64,000 nt of DNA from Candidatus Omnitrophota bacterium (GTDB lineage: Bacteria > Omnitrophota > Gorgyraeia > Zapsychrales > Zapsychraceae). The DNA is taken from contig JACRHP010000009.1 of NCBI GenBank assembly GCA_016212005.1, positions 6,560-70,559 on the forward strand, written 5' to 3'. Below are positions 10,077 through 20,241 of this stretch, one piece after another. Made by a program: the position numbers and the translations under genes. The notes beneath the pieces are model-generated. The model saw only the letters and a list, made by a program, of their open reading frames with translations. It did not search any database and was not told where the DNA came from. Positions within the stretch are counted from its first letter, which is position 1; every line of letters starts with the position of its first letter.

Positions 10077-11608
10077 GTCAGGACCAGGACAGGGTTTTTA
10101 TTTTTGATACAACGCTGCGCGACGGCGAGCAGGCGCCCGGTGCGAGCATGAACGAGCGCGAAAAGCTGGAGATCGCCCACGCGCTGGAGCGCTTGGGCGT
10201 TGATATCATCGAGGCCGGATTTCCGGTCATTTCCAAGGGCGACTTTGATTCGGTCAAATCTGTTGCGAAACATATCAAAGGTTCGATCGTCTGCGGCCTG
10301 GCCCGTTCTTTGGAAGCCGATATCGACGCGGCGGCGGATGCGTTAAAGGCCGCGGCCCGCTCGCGCATCCATGTCTTTCTGGCAACGTCCCGGATCCATA
10401 TGCAGCACAAGCTGAAGAAAACCCAGGACGAGATCCTGCAGATGGCCGTTGATGCCGTTAGATATGCCCGCCACAAGACCGCGGATGTGGAATTTTCTCC
10501 CGAAGACGCGTCGCGCTCCGAAAAATTGTTTTTGTATCGCATTCTGGAGGCGGTCATTGATGCCGGGGCCACAACCGTCAATATCCCGGATACGGTCGGC
10601 TACGCGACCCCGGCCGAATATGGACAACTGATCGCGGATATTAAAAATAACGTCCCCAATATCGGCAAGGCGATCATTTCCGTCCATTGTCATGATGATC
10701 TGGGGTTGGCTGTCGCCAACTCCTTGTCGGCGGTGCGTAACGGCGCCCGGCAGGTCGAATGCACCATCAACGGCATCGGCGAGCGGGCGGGCAACGCGTC
10801 CATGGAAGAGATCGTGATGGCTTTAAAGACGCGTTCCGATATCTACGGTTGTGTCACTAATATCAATACACCGGAAATTTGCCGGGTTTCGCGGCTGGTC
10901 AGTAAGTATACCGGGTTTACGGTCCCACCCAACAAGGCGATCGTCGGTAACAACGCTTTTCGCCATGAAGCCGGCATCCATCAGGACGGCATCCTGAAGG
11001 AGCGTTCCACCTATGAGATCATGCGTCCGGAAGACGTCGGATTCGTGGGAACGGGATTGGTCTTGGGTAAACATTCCGGCCGGCACGCCTTTCGCGTGCG
11101 GCTGAAACATCTGGGCATTGATCTGACGGACACGCAGGCAGAGCAGGCGTTCGAGCGCTTCAAACGCGTTGCCGACAAGAAAAAACAGATCTTCGATGAA
11201 GATCTGGTCGCCATCGTTGAGGATGAGATCAAGGCCGTGGAAAAGACCTGGAGCCTGGTCAGCCTGGCCACCAAAAGCGGGACCAACATCAAAACGGAAG
11301 TGACGATCGTCTTGAGATCAAAGACGAAAACGTATAAAAAAAGTTCTTCCGGCGATGGGCCCGTCGATGCCTGTTACAAAGCGATCGATGCCGTCACCAA
11401 GGTCAAGGGGAAGCTGCTGGATTATTCGATCCATTCCGTCACGCAGGGCAAGGACGCTTTGGGTGAAGTAACGATCAAGGTTAAATTCAGGGACAAAAGT
11501 GTCATCGCGCATGGGGCCAGCACCGATATCCTGGAAGCCTCCGCCAAGGCCTATATCAACGCCCTCAATAAAGTCGTCGCGCCAACAGCAAAATCCCCCG
11601 GAAAGTAA
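10073..11608 (+). CDS. leuA: 2-isopropylmalate synthase
   Basis: [26 protein letters not shown]-terminal regulatory domain. Confidence 0.95.
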   Translation: MSQDQDRVFIFDTTLRDGEQAPGASMNEREKLEIAHALERLGVDIIEAGFPVISKGDFDSVKSVAKHIKGSIVCGLARSLEADIDAAADALKAAARSRIHVFLATSRIHMQHKLKKTQDEILQMAVDAVRYARHKTADVEFSPEDASRSEKLFLYRILEAVIDAGATTVNIPDTVGYATPAEYGQLIADIKNNVPNIGKAIISVHCHDDLGLAVANSLSAVRNGARQVECTINGIGERAGNASMEEIVMALKTRSDIYGCVTNINTPEICRVSRLVSKYTGFTVPPNKAIVGNNAFRHEAGIHQDGILKERSTYEIMRPEDVGFVGTGLVLGKHSGRHAFRVRLKHLGIDLTDTQAEQAFERFKRVADKKKQIFDEDLVAIVEDEIKAVEKTWSLVSLATKSGTNIKTEVTIVLRSKTKTYKKSSSGDGPVDACYKAIDAVTKVKGKLLDYSIHSVTQGKDALGEVTIKVKFRDKSVIAHGASTDILEASAKAYINALNKVVAPTAKSPGK

Positions 11609-11613
11609 TTCGC

Positions 11614-12492
11614 ATGGATGTTCAAAGTGCTGTCTACGGAATCATCGGTTATCCCGTAGCCCACAGTTTGTCGCCCTTGATGCACAATGCCGCCTTCAAA
11701 GAACTGGGCGTTGATGCCGTCTACAAACTTTTCCCGTTGAAAGAAAACGAACTTGATGGATTTTTCGCCCAGTTGCGCGAACCCTCAAGCCCCATCTTCG
11801 GGTTGAACGTTACGGTACCGTACAAGGAACGGGTCATTAAATATCTGGGCAATATCACGCCGTTGGCCCAGAAGATCATGGCGGTCAACACCATCGTTAT
11901 TACTAAGGAGCGCAAATTGATCGGATATAACACGGATGCGCCGGCGTTTCTGTCGCATTTGGTCGAATTGAAATTCAATACCCGGGATAAGAAAATCGCG
12001 ATCCTAGGTTCCGGAGGCGCGGCGCGGGCGATCCTGGCGATCTTGTGCATGATCCCGGAACGGCCGGATTCGATCAAAATATACAACCGTACTCCCGAAC
12101 GACTTGATATTCTGCTGGAAGATCTGCGCACGCGCATCGATATCAGCATTGTCGAACCCGTGAGGAGCATTGACGACCTGGATATTCCTGGTGCCGATCT
12201 TTTGATCAACACGACATCCGTAGGATTAAAACCCGGTGATCCCGGTCTGGTCGATGAAGAGTTGCTTCATCGAAAGTTGTTGGTGTACGATCTTGTTTAC
12301 AATCCGCCCCTGACACCGCTTTTGAAGATGGCCCAAAAGCGTGGGGCGCACGTAGCTAATGGGCTGAGCATGCTGTATTATCAAGGAGTGCTTGCCTTCC
12401 AGCACTGGGCGAACGTCCAGCTCGATGATGACGTCAAGCTCAAAATGCGCCAGGCATTGGAAAAAGGCGCGAGTCAATCCGTGAGGAAATAA
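11614..12492 (+). CDS. aroE: Shikimate dehydrogenase
   Basis: HSLSPLMHN, NVTVPYK, AVNT, NTD, GSGGAARA. Confidence 0.94.
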   Translation: MDVQSAVYGIIGYPVAHSLSPLMHNAAFKELGVDAVYKLFPLKENELDGFFAQLREPSSPIFGLNVTVPYKERVIKYLGNITPLAQKIMAVNTIVITKERKLIGYNTDAPAFLSHLVELKFNTRDKKIAILGSGGAARAILAILCMIPERPDSIKIYNRTPERLDILLEDLRTRIDISIVEPVRSIDDLDIPGADLLINTTSVGLKPGDPGLVDEELLHRKLLVYDLVYNPPLTPLLKMAQKRGAHVANGLSMLYYQGVLAFQHWANVQLDDDVKLKMRQALEKGASQSVRK

Positions 12493-12493
12493 T

Positions 12494-13297
12494 ATGAACA
12501 TTTTTATGTTTATTTTGGGCGCGATCGTGGGAAGTTTTTTGAACGTGTGCATCGTGCGCATGCCGCATGAGAAATCCGTCGTCAAGCCGCGGTCGCATTG
12601 CGTCCACTGCAGAAAACAGCTTTTGTGGTATGACAACATTCCGTTTGTCAGTTATATTCTTCTCAAGGGTCGTTGCCGGTTTTGCGGGCAAAAAATTTCC
12701 CCGCGGTATTTTTTGGTCGAACTTATTACGGCGGTCACCTTTGTTGTGTTTTATCAGTATTTCGGTCTGACCGCGCTTTTGCCGGCCTATCTGACCATGG
12801 TCTGCGGGTTCATTGTGGCCACCTTTGTCGATTTTGAACACCGGATCATCCCCGATGAGATCAGTGTGGGAGGGATGGTAGCGGGGATATTATTTAGCGC
12901 GTTCGTCCCCCAATTACATGGAATAGATGCCGGCACCGGTCCCTTGATCTTGGCCCATTTAAAATCTTTAGGCTGGTCATTGGTTGGTGTTTTGGTCGGA
13001 GGTGGAGCCATTTACGCGATGGGACTCTTGGGAGATTTTTTGTTTAAGAAGGAATCGATGGGAGGCGGGGACGTGAAGCTCATGGCGATGGTAGGGGCTT
13101 TCCTGGGATGGAAACTGGCTATTTTGACTTTTTTCCTGGCTCCGTTTTTTGGGGCTGTTTACGGGATCGTGGAAATGCTGCGCACAAAGAAAACGGCCAT
13201 TGCCTATGGGCCGTTTTTGGTGGCCGGCGCCCTGATCAGTCTCTTTAAAGGCGAAGCCTTGATAGAATGGATGATGCATGGATACGGGTTGTATTAA
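12494..13297 (+). CDS. pilD: Prepilin peptidase (A24 family)
   Basis: GSFLNVCIVR, two CxxC pairs, MGGGDVKL, YGPFL. Confidence 0.92.
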   Translation: MNIFMFILGAIVGSFLNVCIVRMPHEKSVVKPRSHCVHCRKQLLWYDNIPFVSYILLKGRCRFCGQKISPRYFLVELITAVTFVVFYQYFGLTALLPAYLTMVCGFIVATFVDFEHRIIPDEISVGGMVAGILFSAFVPQLHGIDAGTGPLILAHLKSLGWSLVGVLVGGGAIYAMGLLGDFLFKKESMGGGDVKLMAMVGAFLGWKLAILTFFLAPFFGAVYGIVEMLRTKKTAIAYGPFLVAGALISLFKGEALIEWMMHGYGLY

Positions 13298-13309
13298 TTG
13301 ACTCCTAAA

Positions 13310-13338
13310 TTGACAGGGTTGGGGGCGCATGTTACAAT
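13310..13338 (+). promoter_or_regulatory. Sigma70 promoter, probably giving a leaderless aroK transcript
   Basis: TTGACA-17 nt-TACAAT with TG extension; ATG begins after a 6-nt gap; no SD. Confidence 0.65.
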
Positions 13339-13344
13339 TCCCCC

Positions 13345-13857
13345 ATGTCCAAAAAGAATATCGCGCTCATTGGGTTCATGGGTTCTGGTAAGTCTGTGGT
13401 ATCCAAGAAGTTAGCTGCTATTTTAAAACGGGAAGCAATTTCAACGGATGACTGGATCGAGCGGCGCGAAGGCCGGTCGATCAACCGGATATTTGAGGAA
13501 TCCGGCGAGCCGTATTTCCGGGAACAGGAAACCCAGGCGGTGCGGGAAGTTGCCGGAAAAGAGCCGGTCGTTATCGACTGCGGCGGCGGTGTTGTCCTGA
13601 ACCCGCAAAATATCAAAGAACTACGAAAAAAAAGCATTATCGTCTTTTTGGCTGCCTCCCCCAAAACCGTTTACCAGCGCATTAAAGACAAAGAGGACAG
13701 ACCGTTATTAAAAACGGCCGATCCGCAAACGAGGATCCGTCAGCTGATGGACCAGCGTCAATCTTTTTACGCGCAAGCCGATTATACAGTCGTGACGGAC
13801 AAAAAAACAGTGCAGCAGGTTTGTGAGGAGATTCTTCATTTACTAGCCCATGAATGA
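13345..13857 (+). CDS. aroK: Shikimate kinase
   Basis: GFMGSGKS, GEPYFR..E, GGG, RPLL. Confidence 0.94.
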   Translation: MSKKNIALIGFMGSGKSVVSKKLAAILKREAISTDDWIERREGRSINRIFEESGEPYFREQETQAVREVAGKEPVVIDCGGGVVLNPQNIKELRKKSIIVFLAASPKTVYQRIKDKEDRPLLKTADPQTRIRQLMDQRQSFYAQADYTVVTDKKTVQQVCEEILHLLAHE

Positions 13858-14956
13858 ACTGGACGCTTTATTAATTCTGAACGCCATCCCCGGGATGGGT
13901 AATGCGACCATCCGCAAGCTCCTGGAATATTACGGCGGCGCTTTAAAAGTTTTGTCGTTGTCTGAAGGACAGCTGACCGCCGACCAGGCCGTATCTCCCG
14001 GGCTTGCCGCGGCGATTGTTCAATTCCCCAAAGATGAGTTTTTGCGCTGCGAAAAGGCGTTTGTTACGCGCCAGGATATCCGCGTCCTGACATTCCAGGA
14101 CAAGGAGTATCCTTCCCGGTTGCGCGATATCGCCGACGCGCCGGTCGTCATCTATGTCCGCGGACAACTGGTCAGCGACAGCTCACCGGCGATTGCCGTT
14201 GTCGGTTCCCGGCGGGCCAGTTTGTACGGGATGGGAGTTGCGGAACAATTTGCCGGACGTCTTGCGGAACTGGGGATTACCGTTGTTTCGGGCATGGCCA
14301 AAGGGATCGACGCGGCCGCCCACCGCGGCGCCTTGCGCGCCGGCGGGGCCACGGTCGCGGTCCTCGGCTGCGGGCTGAACACGATTTATCCGCCGGAAAA
14401 TGAAAAACTTTTCGCGGAAATCACCGCCGGCGGAGCCGTCGTCTCGGAATTTCCCATGACCATGCCGCCCATCGCGCATAATTTCCCCCGGCGCAACCGT
14501 ATTATCAGCGGGCTGTCGCTGGGCGTCATTGTGGTTGAGGCCGCCCAGAAAAGCGGGGCCCTGATCACCGCGGACTTTGCCCTGGAACAAGGGCGGGAGG
14601 TTTACGCGGTGCCGGGAAACGTCAACAGCGCGACCTCCCAGGGAGTCCATAATCTTATCAAGCAAGGGGCGAAACTGGTAACTTCCGTGGAGGATATCCT
14701 GGAAGACCTGAGCCCGCATCTGCGGGGCGCCACGGACGAGACGCGCAAAGATGCGCCTGTAAAAGAAAGCAAAGATCTGACAGCGCTGACGCAGGCGGAA
14801 CGACTGGTTTATGATTCCATCAACGACCGGCCGGTCCATATCGATGATCTGGCCGACCGCTGCGGGACGGACGTCCTGCGCATGACAGTGGCGTTGTCCC
14901 GACTGGAATTAAAACATCTCATTAAACAATTACCAGGCAAATTATTCGTGAGGTAG
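13850..14956 (+). CDS. dprA: DNA-protecting protein DprA
   Basis: AVVGSR, VSGMAKGID, FPRRNRIISGLS, SGALITA. Confidence 0.95.
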   Translation: MNELDALLILNAIPGMGNATIRKLLEYYGGALKVLSLSEGQLTADQAVSPGLAAAIVQFPKDEFLRCEKAFVTRQDIRVLTFQDKEYPSRLRDIADAPVVIYVRGQLVSDSSPAIAVVGSRRASLYGMGVAEQFAGRLAELGITVVSGMAKGIDAAAHRGALRAGGATVAVLGCGLNTIYPPENEKLFAEITAGGAVVSEFPMTMPPIAHNFPRRNRIISGLSLGVIVVEAAQKSGALITADFALEQGREVYAVPGNVNSATSQGVHNLIKQGAKLVTSVEDILEDLSPHLRGATDETRKDAPVKESKDLTALTQAERLVYDSINDRPVHIDDLADRCGTDVLRMTVALSRLELKHLIKQLPGKLFVR

Positions 14957-14963
14957 GTTGAGC

Positions 14964-16931
14964 ATGGTTAAAGCGATCGTTATCGTCGAATCTCCGGCAA
15001 AGGTCAAGACTATCAACAAATTTTTGGGGGAAAAATTCAAAGTACTTTCCTCCATGGGGCACCTGATCGATTTGCCCAAATCCACGCTTGGCGTCGATAT
15101 CGAGAACAATTTCCAGCCGAAATTCATCGTTTTGCGGGATAAATCCAAACTGTTGACCAAGTTGAAAAAAGAGATCGGCAACGCCAAGGAGATCTATTTC
15201 GCCACCGACCCGGACCGGGAAGGAGAGGCGATCGGCTGGAATCTCATTGAACATATCGGCGATGGCAAAAAAGTTTACCGTGTTACGTTCCAGGAGATCA
15301 CGAAAGAAGCAGTCCTGGAGGCCTTCAAACATCCCCGTGAGTTCGACCGCAAGAAGATCGACGCGCAGGTGGCCCGCCGCATTCTCGATCGCATCGTCGG
15401 CTACAAGATCAGTCCTTTGTTATGGAAAAAAGTGGGATCCCGCATGAGCGCCGGGCGTGTCCAATCGGTGGCGTTGCGGATCATTGTCGAGCGGGAACGC
15501 GAGATCAAAAGTTTTGTTCCCCAGGAATACTGGCAGATCAGTGTTGACCTCCAAAAACAGGGATATACCGATTTGCTGAATGCTTCGCTGGAGAAAATCA
15601 ATGGTGAAAAGGCCGAATTGGCGAATAAGGCGCAGACGGACAAGATATTAGCAGAGATCAAAGACGAAAAATTCGTGATTTCCGCTATTTCAGAACGTGA
15701 AGTCCAGCGCCGGCCTGGCCCGCCGCTGATTACCAGCACGTTGCAACAGGAAGCGTTCAATAAGTTGCGTTTTAACGCCAACCGTACCATGCTCATCGCC
15801 CAGCAATTGTATGAAGGGATCGAGCTGGGAAACGGTGAAGTCCTTGGTCTTATCACCTACATGCGCACCGATTCGGTGAACATTTCCGCGGACGCCATGT
15901 CCAAGTTACGGGATTTTATCAAAACGAGCTATGGCAACAAGTATTTGCCGGATGAACCAAATAAATATAAATCCAAAAAATCCGCCCAGGAAGCGCATGA
16001 AGCGATCCGGCCGACGGATGTTTTGCGCAAGCCTGAAGATATCCAGAAATTCCTCGATCCCCACCAATACAAGCTTTACGAATTGATCTGGCGGCGGTAC
16101 GTCAGCGCGCAGATGACCGCGGCGGTTTACGAGCAAAAACGCGTCGAGGTCCAATCGGGTAAATATCAGTGGAACGCTTCCGGGTCGACGCTTCTTTTTG
16201 ACGGGTTCCTCACCTTGATTCGTGATGAGCAGGAAGAGGAAACAAAGATCGATTTTTCGCATTACGTCCAAGGGGATGTTCTTAAGCTGATCGAAGTGCA
16301 TCCCACCCAGCATTTCACCAAACCACCGCCGCGTTTTTCGGACGCGAGCCTTGTCAAGGCGCTGGAAGAGGACGGCATCGGCCGGCCAAGCACGTATGCT
16401 GCTACCGTCGAAACTCTTGTGTACCGCAATTACGTTACCCGCGAACGCGGTTATTTGACACCGACGGAATTGGGCATATCGATCTGCGACCTCCTCGTGG
16501 GATATTTTTCGAAAATCATGGATGTCGGATTTACCGCGCAGATGGAAGAAAAGCTGGACCTGGTCGAGGAAGGGAATCTTGAGTATCCCAAACTGCTCGC
16601 GGAATTTTATAAACCGTTCCAGGAAGAACTCGTTTTTGCTGAAAGCAACATCGTCAAGCAGCACGAGTTTGTCGACAAATATTGTCCGCAATGCGGTAAG
16701 CAGATGCAGGTCAAATGGGGCCGCCGGGGGAAATTTTTGAGCTGCTCGGGGTTCCCGGAATGCAAATTCGCCCAGCCGTTTTCCACCGGTGTCAAATGTC
16801 CGCTGGAAAATTGCGGCGGGGAGCTCATCAAGCGTCAGTCCAGGCGCGGCGCTTTCTACGGCTGCAGTCATTATCCCAAGTGCACGTATGTGAGCAGAGA
16901 ATTGCCGGGTGAGGGCGACAAGGCGGCGTAA
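14964..16931 (+). CDS. topA: DNA topoisomerase I
   Basis: IVESPAK, ATDPDREGEAI, SAGRVQS, LITYMRTDS, C-terminal Zn ribbons. Confidence 0.97.
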   Translation: MVKAIVIVESPAKVKTINKFLGEKFKVLSSMGHLIDLPKSTLGVDIENNFQPKFIVLRDKSKLLTKLKKEIGNAKEIYFATDPDREGEAIGWNLIEHIGDGKKVYRVTFQEITKEAVLEAFKHPREFDRKKIDAQVARRILDRIVGYKISPLLWKKVGSRMSAGRVQSVALRIIVEREREIKSFVPQEYWQISVDLQKQGYTDLLNASLEKINGEKAELANKAQTDKILAEIKDEKFVISAISEREVQRRPGPPLITSTLQQEAFNKLRFNANRTMLIAQQLYEGIELGNGEVLGLITYMRTDSVNISADAMSKLRDFIKTSYGNKYLPDEPNKYKSKKSAQEAHEAIRPTDVLRKPEDIQKFLDPHQYKLYELIWRRYVSAQMTAAVYEQKRVEVQSGKYQWNASGSTLLFDGFLTLIRDEQEEETKIDFSHYVQGDVLKLIEVHPTQHFTKPPPRFSDASLVKALEEDGIGRPSTYAATVETLVYRNYVTRERGYLTPTELGISICDLLVGYFSKIMDVGFTAQMEEKLDLVEEGNLEYPKLLAEFYKPFQEELVFAESNIVKQHEFVDKYCPQCGKQMQVKWGRRGKFLSCSGFPECKFAQPFSTGVKCPLENCGGELIKRQSRRGAFYGCSHYPKCTYVSRELPGEGDKAA

Positions 16932-16974
16932 CCGGCCGGCGTTCATGGCAGGGCACATCCAATAACCGGTATAT

Positions 16975-17835
16975 ATGGACCGTTATATCGACAAATTCCT
17001 TACCTACCTCGAAGTTGAAAAAAATTATTCCGGGCATACCATCATCAACTACGGGATTGACCTGCGCGAGTTCGCCCGGTTCGCCGCCTCGACCTCGCTT
17101 GAGAAGATCGATTATTTGTTCCTGCGCCGTTTCCTCGCGCATATCCGTACCAAACAATACCTGCCCAGGACGCTGACCCGCAAACTTTCCGCCCTGCGCA
17201 GTTTTTTCAAATTTCTCCACAGGGAGGGACACATCCGCAGCAACCCGGCGGTCCTTTTGATGTCCCCCAAACGCGAAAAACGTTTGCCAAAATTTTTGAC
17301 GGAAGAAGAAGTGACAAAATTTCTGGAGATCCCCCGGGGCGACAACCTCATGGGCAAACGCGACCGGGCGATCCTGGAAACGCTTTACAGCGCCGGTATC
17401 CGCGTCAGCGAGCTCGTTGGACTTAATGTCGAGCACGTCGATTTGATCGGCAATATCGCCAAGGTGTCCGGCAAAGGGAAAAAAGAGCGGCTTGTCCCCC
17501 TGGGGAGCAAGGCGGTCGAGGCGATCAAAGATTATCTGGATAACCGCAAAAAGGATTCTAACACGCTTTTTCTTAATAAAAACGGCACACGGTTATCCTC
17601 GCGCAGTGTAGGCACGATCGTCCATAAATATATCAAGCTGGTCAGCGCGACACAGGATATCTCCCCGCACGTTTTGCGGCACACTTTTGCCACGCACCTG
17701 TTAAACCGCGGGGCGGACCTGCGTTCAGTCCAGGAGTTGCTCGGCCACGTCAACCTTTCCACCACCCAGATCTACACGCATGTCACGACCGACCGCTTGA
17801 AGAAAGTGTATGACCAGGCCCATCCCAGGGCCTAG
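16975..17835 (+). CDS. xerC: Tyrosine recombinase XerC
   Basis: R...HVLRHTFATH...LLGH..LSTTQIY catalytic residues; dprA-topA-xerC context. Confidence 0.88.
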   Translation: MDRYIDKFLTYLEVEKNYSGHTIINYGIDLREFARFAASTSLEKIDYLFLRRFLAHIRTKQYLPRTLTRKLSALRSFFKFLHREGHIRSNPAVLLMSPKREKRLPKFLTEEEVTKFLEIPRGDNLMGKRDRAILETLYSAGIRVSELVGLNVEHVDLIGNIAKVSGKGKKERLVPLGSKAVEAIKDYLDNRKKDSNTLFLNKNGTRLSSRSVGTIVHKYIKLVSATQDISPHVLRHTFATHLLNRGADLRSVQELLGHVNLSTTQIYTHVTTDRLKKVYDQAHPRA

Positions 17836-17894
17836 CCCTTCGACAAGCTTGCCGAAGGGCTCAGGGCGGGTGGTGAGCCTGTCGAACCACTAGC
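17832..17894. repeat. REP-like palindromic insert flanked by a CTAGC duplication
   Basis: CCCTTCGACAAGCTTGCCGAAGGG palindrome, then CTCAGGGC...GTGAGCCTGTCGAACC; CTAGC at 17832-17836 and 17890-17894. Confidence 0.7.
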
Positions 17895-17905
17895 AGGAGA
17901 TAGCC

Positions 17906-19165
17906 GTGTTTATCGTTTATGACATCATTTTTAGCGTTCTGGTGTTGCTGTATTTGCCTTATCTTGTCTGCAATGGAAAATGGCATGGCGAGTTCTGGAC
18001 GCGGCTGGGATTGCGGCCGTTGCCCGTTCCCGCGGCCGAAGAGAAAAAAACAATCTGGGTCCACGCGGTCAGCGTCGGCGAAATATTGGCCGTTGTCCCG
18101 CTTGTCCAGGGGTTGCGCGAACGGTTCCCGGGACATGGGCTTGTTGTTTCCACCGTTACCCGGACAGGATACGCTCTGGCCAGGGAGAAATTGCAGATGA
18201 CAGGCACTGTCATTTACGCGCCGGTCGATTTCAGCTGGGCCGTCCGCCGTTATGTCAAGACGCTTAAACCCGTTCTTTATATTTCTGCGGAAACGGAAAT
18301 ATGGCCGAATCTGTACACGTTTTTGCATCGGAGCCGTGTCCTTGTTATCCAGGTCAACGGCCGCATATCGGACCGGGCATTCGCCGGATACAAAAAGGTC
18401 GGTTTTCTGACGCGCCGGGTGCTGGCCTGCGTGTCCGGCTTTTACATGCAAACCGAAGAAGATGCCGGAAGGATTGTCCTGCTGGGGGCGTCCCCGCAAC
18501 GCGTGCGCGTTGTTGGAAATTTGAAATTCGATCAGGCCCAAAGGGAGACATCGTTGAACAAAAAACAACTGGGCTTTGACGACACTGTCCAGTTGCTGGT
18601 TGCCGGGAGCACTTACCCGGGAGAAGAAGAGATCGTCCTTGCGGCATTCCAACAGTTGTCCGGAGAATTCCCGGCGTTGCGCCTGGTTCTCGCTCCGCGC
18701 CACGTGGAAAGGGCCGAAGAAATCGTCCGTCTTGTTCAAAACAAGGGGTTCCAGCCGCGGCGGTTTTCCAGCTTGCCGCAAGACAAGGAGGCCGGCCGCA
18801 CTATTTTGATCGTTGATCGTTTTGGGTACCTGCGCGATATTTACAGTTTGGCCGATTGTGTTTTTATCGGGAAATCTTTGCGCGGCCGCGGCGGGCAGAA
18901 TATGATCGAGCCGTTGTCCTTCGGCAAGCCGACTTTTGTCGGTCCGCATACGGAAAACTTTCGTGATGTTGTGCGGATCTTTGAGAAGACCGGCGCGCTT
19001 ATCCGGGTGGAGGATGGGCCCGGACTGATTGCGCAGGTCCGGCGGGTACTGGCCGATCCGCCGCGATTACCGGTCATTGCTGCCGCCGCTATCGAGGAGA
19101 GCAGGAAACATCAGGGCGCGACGCAAAGGACTTTGGAAATCATTGGAGATATTTTGAAACCATGA
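17906..19165 (+). CDS. waaA: Kdo transferase
   Basis: IWVHAVSVGE, ETEIWPN, GNLKFD, AGST, APRHVER, GGQNMIEP. Confidence 0.94.
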   Translation: MFIVYDIIFSVLVLLYLPYLVCNGKWHGEFWTRLGLRPLPVPAAEEKKTIWVHAVSVGEILAVVPLVQGLRERFPGHGLVVSTVTRTGYALAREKLQMTGTVIYAPVDFSWAVRRYVKTLKPVLYISAETEIWPNLYTFLHRSRVLVIQVNGRISDRAFAGYKKVGFLTRRVLACVSGFYMQTEEDAGRIVLLGASPQRVRVVGNLKFDQAQRETSLNKKQLGFDDTVQLLVAGSTYPGEEEIVLAAFQQLSGEFPALRLVLAPRHVERAEEIVRLVQNKGFQPRRFSSLPQDKEAGRTILIVDRFGYLRDIYSLADCVFIGKSLRGRGGQNMIEPLSFGKPTFVGPHTENFRDVVRIFEKTGALIRVEDGPGLIAQVRRVLADPPRLPVIAAAAIEESRKHQGATQRTLEIIGDILKP

Positions 19166-20241
19166 GGCAGTTTTTTTACAATGTGGTAACGGACCGGGCG
19201 GACAGCATCGGGATAAAAATGCTTCAGGCCATTTTATTGCCGCTGTCGTATGTTTACCGGTCCGGCGTCCAGTTGACGGCCGCCTTGTATCGAAAGGGGA
19301 TCCTAAAACAATCTCATCTGCCCCGGCCGGTCATCAGTGTCGGGAATATTACGGCGGGAGGGACGGGGAAGACCCCTTTGGTCGCCAGGGTCGCCCAAAT
19401 TTGCCAGGGGTTCGGGATGAAGCCGGTCATTTTAACCCGTGGATATATGGGGCGGGGGATAGGAAGTGGCTGTGAGAAAAGCGACGAGGCGGCCATGCTG
19501 GGAAAAATACTGCCGGACGTCCCTGTTTTGCCCGGGGCCGACCGGATCAAAAGTGCCCAGGCATTTCTGGGAGGGGATCAGGCCGATATTTTTATCCTGG
19601 ACGACGGTTTTCAGCAATGGCGCCTGGCCCGGGACATGGACATCGTGGTCATCGACGCCACGGACCCGTGGGGAAACGGCAAAACTCTTCCCCGCGGAAT
19701 TTTGCGGGAACCGCTCGCCGCGCTGCGCAGGGCCGACTGGATCATCCTTACCAAGACAGATTCAAGCCGGGCGAGAACCGCGCACCTCCGCCAGCGTTTC
19801 AAAGAAATTGGATGTACGCAGCCCGTCCTGGAATCTGTCCACCAGCCGGTTTCTGTCGAGGATTTAGATTCGGGAGGAAATTATCCGCCTGAAATATTGG
19901 CCGGCCGCAAAGTTTGCGTTCTATGCGGATTGGGCGCGCCGGAGATCTTTAGTGAGACCTTGACGCGTCTGGGGGCGGAAATTTCCCGCGCATTTAACTT
20001 TACCGATCATCACGTCTATAGTAAAACGGATATTACGTCGATCGCGCAGTATTGCAAAGCGAACCATGTCAGGGCCGTTATTACCACACAAAAAGACGCC
20101 GTTAAACTGACCGGTTGGCGTGAAGAGTTACGCGAAGGCGTGGACGTTCAGCTCTTCGCGCTTAATATCGAACTTGTCCTGGCTAATGGAAAAGAAAAAA
20201 ATGCCTTCGTTCAGCGAATCGCTGATTTTTCACAGCGTTAA
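19162..20241 (+). CDS. lpxK: Tetraacyldisaccharide 4'-kinase
   Basis: VISVGNITAGGTGKTP, LTRGY, LDDGFQ, LPRGILRE. Confidence 0.94.
   Translation: MRQFFYNVVTDRADSIGIKMLQAILLPLSYVYRSGVQLTAALYRKGILKQSHLPRPVISVGNITAGGTGKTPLVARVAQICQGFGMKPVILTRGYMGRGIGSGCEKSDEAAMLGKILPDVPVLPGADRIKSAQAFLGGDQADIFILDDGFQQWRLARDMDIVVIDATDPWGNGKTLPRGILREPLAALRRADWIILTKTDSSRARTAHLRQRFKEIGCTQPVLESVHQPVSVEDLDSGGNYPPEILAGRKVCVLCGLGAPEIFSETLTRLGAEISRAFNFTDHHVYSKTDITSIAQYCKANHVRAVITTQKDAVKLTGWREELREGVDVQLFALNIELVLANGKEKNAFVQRIADFSQR

Noticed and set aside
16975-17835. Tyrosine recombinase as an integron or island integrase
   Set aside because: Size, motifs and dprA-topA-xerC context fit housekeeping XerC; no IntI-type insertion or attC array is visible
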